64,000 nt of DNA, taken from NCBI GenBank assembly GCA_041662205.1, contig JBAZSZ010000001.1:159107-223106 (forward strand), given 5' to 3'. The notes under the pieces are model-generated. The model did no database searches and was not told the DNA's origin. It worked only from the letters and a program-made list of their open reading frames with translations. The translations under genes and the position numbers were made by a program. This stretch comes from Minisyncoccota bacterium (GTDB taxonomy: Bacteria > Patescibacteriota > Minisyncoccia > Phycocordibacterales > UBA9973). Below, one piece after another: positions 58,385 through 64,000 of this stretch (position 1 is its first letter; every line of letters begins with the position of its first letter).

Positions 58385-59665
58385 TTGAAAACAACAACAG
58401 TAGCATCCAGGGCTAAAGTACTGCAGTTAGAAATCTATTGTTTTTTCTTTCAAGGGAAGGTAAATGAAATCTTTTGCAAAGAGCATGGCGAGGTGTTTCA
58501 TAAAAACCTCGAATACTGCCAAAAGTACAATTGTCCGTCTCCGTGGAGGAAATGTCACAAATGCATAACTTCTGGAAATGGACACAATGGGCACAACCCT
58601 GTGGTTGATCCCATTCACGGACTTTGCAAAGATCACGTCATCTATGCCGAAGACCATTCTTTATTGAAAAGGTTACGACAGGCCTTTTCAAGCGATGCGT
58701 TACCCGAAGGTCTAAAAAGGCTCACAGTAGAACACAGGAGAGAACTTGCCAAAAGTTCAAGGGAAAGGTATCTGAAAGAAAGGATAAACTCTGACAAGAG
58801 GGTGGTTCTTGATGTTGGGGAGGTCGGTATGATAGATGTTGGTCGTATTCGTCCGAGATACGACCAGCCGAGGACGACCAGTTTTAATCTTTCTTCTATT
58901 TTTGATCTTGCTAAATCAAGAAAGAAAAGACAGGTAGCCTCGATTATCATTAGACCGATCGAGGACGATCCCGAAGGGTTTGATTTTGAGCTTATTGATG
59001 GAGAGAGAAGATACATATCTGCTCTTATCGCCAGAGTAAGCTTAATCAAGGCAGAAAGGGAGCTCGAGGAAAAGATAAGTGACAAGGACGCTTATCTAAC
59101 ATCAGCAATTGCTAACTTTTGTCATGAGGAACATTCACCCCTAGAAGCTCTAGACATGATCAAGCGTATAATGAAGGATCATAAAATAGGTGTCACAGAG
59201 GCTGCTGAGACACTTGGTAAATCAGGGTCCTGGGGTATTCAGCATGAAAGGTTGGGTAATTTGGAGATTTCTATTCGAAAAATGCTTGAGGAAGAAAAAA
59301 TCTCCATGACTACTGCGGCGGAACTCGGAAAGTATCCTAAGGAGTTCCAAGTGAAAGTTCTCGAAGACATAATTCGTGAACGGATGACTGCAGCTGCAGC
59401 CAAGATGCATATTCGTTGTGAATTGAAAAAAGAGGGATTGCCAATAAAAAGAGGAAAACGTGGTAGGCAACCAAGTGATGACTACGAAATTATGAAAGTA
59501 TTCATCAAGGGGTCAATCATAAAGGCAGATGGACTGCTTAAAATGGGCGGAGATGCTTTAAAAAGCATGTTTGCTCACAGAGACGCGAGAGACAAAGAAA
59601 TAGTTTTAGCGGAACTAGATTCACTTATCGGTAGAATCGAGGACATAAAAGAAACAATTAAATAA
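58385..59665 (+). CDS. Zinc-finger (Cys/His-rich) ParB-like nuclease-domain protein
   Basis: N-terminal C/H cluster (CKEH...CQKYNCP...CHKC...HNGHN...CKDH). Central ParB/Srx-fold motif IIIRPIEDD...LIDGERRYISA. TTG start preceded by AAGGAGGT. Visibly G/C-richer than the context. Confidence 0.55.
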   Translation: MKTTTVASRAKVLQLEIYCFFFQGKVNEIFCKEHGEVFHKNLEYCQKYNCPSPWRKCHKCITSGNGHNGHNPVVDPIHGLCKDHVIYAEDHSLLKRLRQAFSSDALPEGLKRLTVEHRRELAKSSRERYLKERINSDKRVVLDVGEVGMIDVGRIRPRYDQPRTTSFNLSSIFDLAKSRKKRQVASIIIRPIEDDPEGFDFELIDGERRYISALIARVSLIKAERELEEKISDKDAYLTSAIANFCHEEHSPLEALDMIKRIMKDHKIGVTEAAETLGKSGSWGIQHERLGNLEISIRKMLEEEKISMTTAAELGKYPKEFQVKVLEDIIRERMTAAAAKMHIRCELKKEGLPIKRGKRGRQPSDDYEIMKVFIKGSIIKADGLLKMGGDALKSMFAHRDARDKEIVLAELDSLIGRIEDIKETIK

Positions 59666-59783
59666 TTATATCAGAATCTTTTGACCACCACTGGTAAAAC
59701 AGGGGTGGTTATCTTTTTTTAGTTTAACAAAGTGTAATGAGACGTAGTGGAAAAAGACACTTTTTTTGGTATAATAAATATAG

Positions 59784-61121
59784 ATGATTAAATATTTAAA
59801 AAATCGACTGGGTATCATTTTAGTAGTTGTATTAACGGTATTTCCTCTTTTTATCTGGTATTTTATGATGCCGATTTCAAATCGATTTTTTTCAAATGGA
59901 GCAACATTTCAAAGTTTGGGACAAATCACAGGACTTTTAGGAATGGCGCTTCTCTCCATTAATTTTATATTAGGCGCTCGTTTTATATTTTTAGATAAAT
60001 TATTTAATGGGTTAAATCAAGTTTATATTAAACATCACATTATTGGAGCTATTTCTTTTTGTCTCCTGCTTTTTCATCCAGTGTTTCTAATCATTCAGTA
60101 TATTTTAATATCTTTGAGAGCTTCCTTCGATTTTATTCTAGCATTTCAAAATATTCCAGTACTTTTGGGAGAGTTCGCCTTGCTAGCCATGATTGTGCTC
60201 ATGGTCATTACTTTTTATTTTAATTTTAAATATGAAAATTGGAAAACCTCACATCAATATTTAGGTATTGTATTATTGTTGAGTGGACTTCATATGTTTT
60301 ATATACCTAGTGATGTTTCAAATAATATTATCTTGAGATATTACATGTTAGGATTATTAATTTTAGGTATTTACTCTTATCTTCATAGAACTATTTTTAG
60401 AATTTATAAAGAAGGGGAGTTTGAATATAAATTAACTGAAGTGAAAAAAATAAATGATACTATTGTCGAATTAAAATTATCTCCTTTATCAAAAAAAATT
60501 AAATTTATACCTGGGCAATTTGTTTTTTTAAGGTTTGTAGAATCTGTACAGACTGGAGGTAAAAGTATTCTTTCAGAATCTCATCCTTTTTCCATAACCT
60601 CGTCTAGCGAAGATGAAGAATTATTTTTGAGTATAAAAACATTAGGAGATTATACTTCCATGATTTATTTATTAAAACCAGGGGCTGTTTGTAGAATAGA
60701 GGGACCATTTGGGGCTTTTTCTTATCTAAAGGCAAATTCTAAAAGGCAGATCTGGATAGCTGGAGGCGTGGGGATAACACCATTTTTGAGTATGGCAAGA
60801 GAAATAAACATTACTAATATAAAAAATAATGTTTATGATATAGATTTATACTACGTAGTTAAAAATACCTCTGAGGCAGCGTTTGCAGATGAATTTATTG
60901 AGTTTTCAAAAAATAATAAGAATTTCAAATTCCACCAATATTTTTCGGATGAAAAAGGACGTATTTCAACTAGCTTTATTTCTAAAAACAGTCAGAATAT
61001 AGATAAGGCTGAAATATTTTTATGCGGACCAGTCGGTTTTATGAAAAGTTTAAGAGAGGAATTTGTAAAGTTAGGTTTTATTAATAATAAAATTCATTCA
61101 GAAGAATTTAGTATAAAATAA
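59784..61121 (+). CDS. NOX/ferric-reductase-family membrane flavocytochrome (ferric reductase TM domain fused to FAD- and NAD(P)H-binding domains)
   Basis: Six TM helices with two bis-His pairs (H..13..H, twice). HPFSITSS FAD motif, GPFG and C-terminal CGP NAD(P)H motifs. Confidence 0.7.
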   Translation: MIKYLKNRLGIILVVVLTVFPLFIWYFMMPISNRFFSNGATFQSLGQITGLLGMALLSINFILGARFIFLDKLFNGLNQVYIKHHIIGAISFCLLLFHPVFLIIQYILISLRASFDFILAFQNIPVLLGEFALLAMIVLMVITFYFNFKYENWKTSHQYLGIVLLLSGLHMFYIPSDVSNNIILRYYMLGLLILGIYSYLHRTIFRIYKEGEFEYKLTEVKKINDTIVELKLSPLSKKIKFIPGQFVFLRFVESVQTGGKSILSESHPFSITSSSEDEELFLSIKTLGDYTSMIYLLKPGAVCRIEGPFGAFSYLKANSKRQIWIAGGVGITPFLSMAREINITNIKNNVYDIDLYYVVKNTSEAAFADEFIEFSKNNKNFKFHQYFSDEKGRISTSFISKNSQNIDKAEIFLCGPVGFMKSLREEFVKLGFINNKIHSEEFSIK

Positions 61122-61130
61122 TATAAAATT

Positions 61131-62003
61131 ATGAAAAAATACATTACAATTTCGTTATTTGTTTTTTGGGTAATTGCTGTTGCAGTAGTTGTGGCAGGTT
61201 TGATTTCTTATAATAAAAATCAACCATCAACAACAGTACCAAATACTAATGGAATTAATCAAACTCCTAATATTTCTGGAATTGATTCTAAAGTCACCAC
61301 TTTAGTATTGTCTAAAGCTGAGCTAGCTAAACACAATTCTAGCCAGAACTGTTGGCTCCTTATTTCTGGTAAGATTTATGATGTTACTTCTTATATCAAT
61401 CAGCACCCTGGTGGTGCTAGCACCATAATACCTAATTGCGGTACTGATGCTACTACAGCATACGATACCAAAGGTAGACCAAATGGTAGTCCGCATTCTA
61501 GTAATGCGGAAGCCCTGTTAGCAAATTATTTTATAGGTAATCTAAATCAAACTTTACAAATTGGATCTGGTAAAAAAACTTCTACTCCAACAAATACAAA
61601 TCCTCCTACTCAAAATAAACCTTCTACTATTCCAACTACTCCGACCCCTGTGCCCAATCCGACGCTAGCTCTTACCATGACCGAATTGGCCAAACATAAT
61701 TCCCGCCAAAGCTGTTGGCTTCTTGTTTCTGGTAAAATTTACGATGTTACTGCTTATTTAAATCAACATCCTGCAGGTGCTAGTATTATTTTACCAACTT
61801 GTGGTACTGATGCCACTACGGCATATGTGACGAGGGGTGGTACTGGTACGCATTCGTCTTCTGCTAATGCACTTCTCGCTAATTATTTTATTGGTAATTT
61901 AAATCAAACAGTCAATACAACTCCAACCAATCCATCTACTCCACCTGTGGTAAATCCAAACCCAACTACTCCTCCTTCAGGAGATGATGACGATGATGAT
62001 TAA
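61131..62003 (+). CDS. Membrane-anchored secreted protein with two tandem cytochrome b5-like heme-binding domains
   Basis: N-terminal signal anchor. Two ~75-aa repeats each carry HPGG / HPAG and a downstream His. Pro/Thr-rich linkers and a poly-Asp C-terminus. Confidence 0.7.
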   Translation: MKKYITISLFVFWVIAVAVVVAGLISYNKNQPSTTVPNTNGINQTPNISGIDSKVTTLVLSKAELAKHNSSQNCWLLISGKIYDVTSYINQHPGGASTIIPNCGTDATTAYDTKGRPNGSPHSSNAEALLANYFIGNLNQTLQIGSGKKTSTPTNTNPPTQNKPSTIPTTPTPVPNPTLALTMTELAKHNSRQSCWLLVSGKIYDVTAYLNQHPAGASIILPTCGTDATTAYVTRGGTGTHSSSANALLANYFIGNLNQTVNTTPTNPSTPPVVNPNPTTPPSGDDDDDD

Positions 62004-62054
62004 TTCATTTTCTTAATTTTTTGATAATAATTCATTAAAAGGTATAATTAATTT

Positions 62055-63092
62055 ATGCACGATTTAGCTTTGTATAGAAAATATCGACCAAAGAATTTTA
62101 AAGAAGTTCTAGGGCAAGATCATATAGTAAAAGTATTAGAAAGCTCAGTGGAGACGGATAAAGTCTCTCATGCGTATCTTTTTGTCGGTTCACGCGGTAC
62201 AGGCAAGACTTCGGTGGCTAGGATTTTCGCATCCAGTATCGGTGTATCTCTTAATGATCTTTATGAAATAGATGCTGCCTCAAATAGGGGAATCGAGGAC
62301 ATGAAAGAATTGCGCGATGGTGTTCGAGTTTTACCTTTCAATTCAAAATATAAGGTTTACATCATAGATGAGGTGCACATGCTGTCCAAGGATGCTTGGG
62401 GCGCATTATTGAAAACTTTAGAAGAACCTCCTAAACATGTCATTTTTATTTTAGCTACGACTGAGCTTCATAAAGTTCCCGAGACTATTATTTCTCGCTG
62501 TCAGGTTTTTACCTTTAAAAAAGCTTCTGACACAGTTAGTAGGAAGATGTTGCTTGATGTAGCAAAGTCAGAAGGATATGAATTAGACGCTGGAAGTGCG
62601 GAACTCTTGGCTATTTTAGCAGATGGATCGTTTCGAGATGGTTTAGGTGAATTGCAAAAAATTCTCAACTTTAGTAAGAGTAAAAAAATAAAAAGAGAAG
62701 ATGTAGAAAAGATAACTGGGGCACCGAAGGCGACCCTAGTGAATGATTTTATTTCCGCCATTACCGAGAAAGATCTACCAATGGGAATATCCTCTGTACG
62801 AACTGCTTCAGAAATGAATTTGGATATGAAATTATATTTCAAATTAATAATTCAAAAATTCCGAATGGTGATAATTTTACGCTATGCGCCAAAATTAGAA
62901 AAAGAAATGGTAGGAGATTTAGGAGAAACTGATTTAGCTTTCTTGAAAGAGTTAATAAAGGAAGACAAAGAAGGGATGCTCCGTTCAGGAGCGCTTTCTA
63001 TTCTTTTAGAAGCATATAAAAATATGGATAATGCATTTGTTGCCGAATTACCACTCGAGCTTGCTTTGGTAGAAATAATAGGGAAAGAATAG
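62055..63092 (+). CDS. dnaX: DNA polymerase III gamma/tau-like clamp-loader subunit (short form)
   Basis: AAA+ Walker A GSRGTGKTS, DEVHML box and SRCQ sensor; 345 aa. Confidence 0.75.
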   Translation: MHDLALYRKYRPKNFKEVLGQDHIVKVLESSVETDKVSHAYLFVGSRGTGKTSVARIFASSIGVSLNDLYEIDAASNRGIEDMKELRDGVRVLPFNSKYKVYIIDEVHMLSKDAWGALLKTLEEPPKHVIFILATTELHKVPETIISRCQVFTFKKASDTVSRKMLLDVAKSEGYELDAGSAELLAILADGSFRDGLGELQKILNFSKSKKIKREDVEKITGAPKATLVNDFISAITEKDLPMGISSVRTASEMNLDMKLYFKLIIQKFRMVIILRYAPKLEKEMVGDLGETDLAFLKELIKEDKEGMLRSGALSILLEAYKNMDNAFVAELPLELALVEIIGKE

Positions 63093-63099
63093 GATCCTA

Positions 63100-63867
63100 T
63101 TATTTTTTTAATATATCTTTCTTGAAATGTTTCAAATAGGCAACTAGAATAAAACTGATGATAACCATCAGAAACCAAGAAGTTATTTTTTGAGTAGATA
63201 CGACACTCCATCCGTGTATTTGATTAGGATATTGCCACGCGCCGAAATAAGTAGAAATATTTTCAGCAATCCAGACAAAAAAAGCAATCAAAAGAAAAGC
63301 AATGTTTAGGGGCATTTGGCGTTCGATGTTTGTTACAATAAAATTCACTTTTACTTTCCAAAATAGAACAAAAACTGCGAGTATTAAAAATATTCTAAAA
63401 TCATATATAAAATGATTAGTAAAAAAATTAAGATAAATTAAAAAACAAAGCATAACACTAAAAATGTAATATGAATAATTTTGGAGTTCTAATTTAAATA
63501 TTTTCCAGGCCTGACTGATATAGCTTCCGATCGCGGCATACATAAATCCACTATAGAGGGGAACAGTGGCAATCTTAAAGAATCCATATTCCGGATAGCT
63601 CCACGAACCAACACCAGGACTTGTCTTGTAAAGTTCTAAAACAAGTCCGATAATATGGAACAAAAAAATAACTTTTACTTCGTCTCTGGTTTCAAGTTTG
63701 GTGAAATAAAGGACTGCCTGTATTGCTATGGCGGCTATAAATAGAAAATCATATCGAGCCAGCCCAAAAAGAGGAATATGATTCGAAAGAAAAAGAAGTA
63801 AGAAAAAAGATCCCGCAAAGATTGAGGCTCGAGCTTGTTTAATGCCAAAAACTAAAAATTCCTTCAT
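63100..63867 (-). CDS. Integral membrane protein of unknown function (about 8 TM helices)
   Basis: Hydrophobic throughout; no motif recognised. Confidence 0.5.
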   Translation of the reverse strand: MKEFLVFGIKQARASIFAGSFFLLLFLSNHIPLFGLARYDFLFIAAIAIQAVLYFTKLETRDEVKVIFLFHIIGLVLELYKTSPGVGSWSYPEYGFFKIATVPLYSGFMYAAIGSYISQAWKIFKLELQNYSYYIFSVMLCFLIYLNFFTNHFIYDFRIFLILAVFVLFWKVKVNFIVTNIERQMPLNIAFLLIAFFVWIAENISTYFGAWQYPNQIHGWSVVSTQKITSWFLMVIISFILVAYLKHFKKDILKK

Positions 63868-64000
63868 ATGTTAAGTATGTCATATTTTTTATTGTTTATA
63901 TATTTTCTTATTAGGAATAAAGCAAGAGCCATTATTAAAGCTCCTATTACAATTACTATCATATCTTTTTGTCCATCAAATAGATCTGTTGAACCATAAA
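63864..64000 (-). CDS. 3' end of a small membrane protein gene (partial, continues beyond the window)
   Basis: Minus-strand frame ...DMIVIVIGALIMALALFLIRKYINNKKYDILNI*. Its TGA stop overlaps the ATG of the downstream gene in an ATGA arrangement. Confidence 0.3.
   Translation of the reverse strand, partial: YGSTDLFDGQKDMIVIVIGALIMALALFLIRKYINNKKYDILNI

Overview
This is an AT-rich, gene-dense bacterial chromosome segment with small proteins, tight operons and tRNA genes that do not encode CCA. The gene content looks like a reduced-genome lineage such as Candidate Phyla Radiation (CPR) / Patescibacteria; this is an impression from the gene set, not a computed result. Most of the window is housekeeping: a cell-wall block (partial penicillin-binding-protein transpeptidase and murF at the start, ddl-alr at 42.9-45.0 kb, murA, an FtsQ-like gene); dinB, rmuC, obg, gatB, fba, rplY, rpmE, prfA, rpmG; a complete F1Fo ATP synthase operon (atpZ-B-E-F-H-A-G-D-C, 29.0-35.9 kb); rsmI, priA-like, mreB, holB, frr, rseP, map, miaA, parB, rel, topA, dprA, serS, dus and dnaX. 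tRNA genes found: Glu(CUC), Ile(GAU), Trp(CCA), Leu(CAA). No rRNA or CRISPR. Notable content: (1) an accessory island (19.6-28.9 kb) between a rearranged tRNA-Ile locus and the atp operon, carrying a Type III R-M system (mod/res) tightly coupled to three upstream genes of unknown function, a NucS-like nuclease, and TspO flanked by direct repeats; (2) a family of GC-rich palindromic intergenic elements with covarying stems; (3) tRNA genes each followed by a homologous ~100-nt insert and a duplicated tRNA 3' end (Trp, Leu), plus split/duplicated tRNA-Ile halves; (4) a NOX-like membrane flavocytochrome next to a secreted tandem cytochrome-b5 protein, a possible outward electron-transfer pair; (5) a GC-richer gene for a zinc-finger ParB-like nuclease with a perfect palindromic operator; (6) several small genes missing from the ORF track (rpmG, a zinc-ribbon protein). 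All calls are from reading the sequence and the ORF translations; no database search was run.
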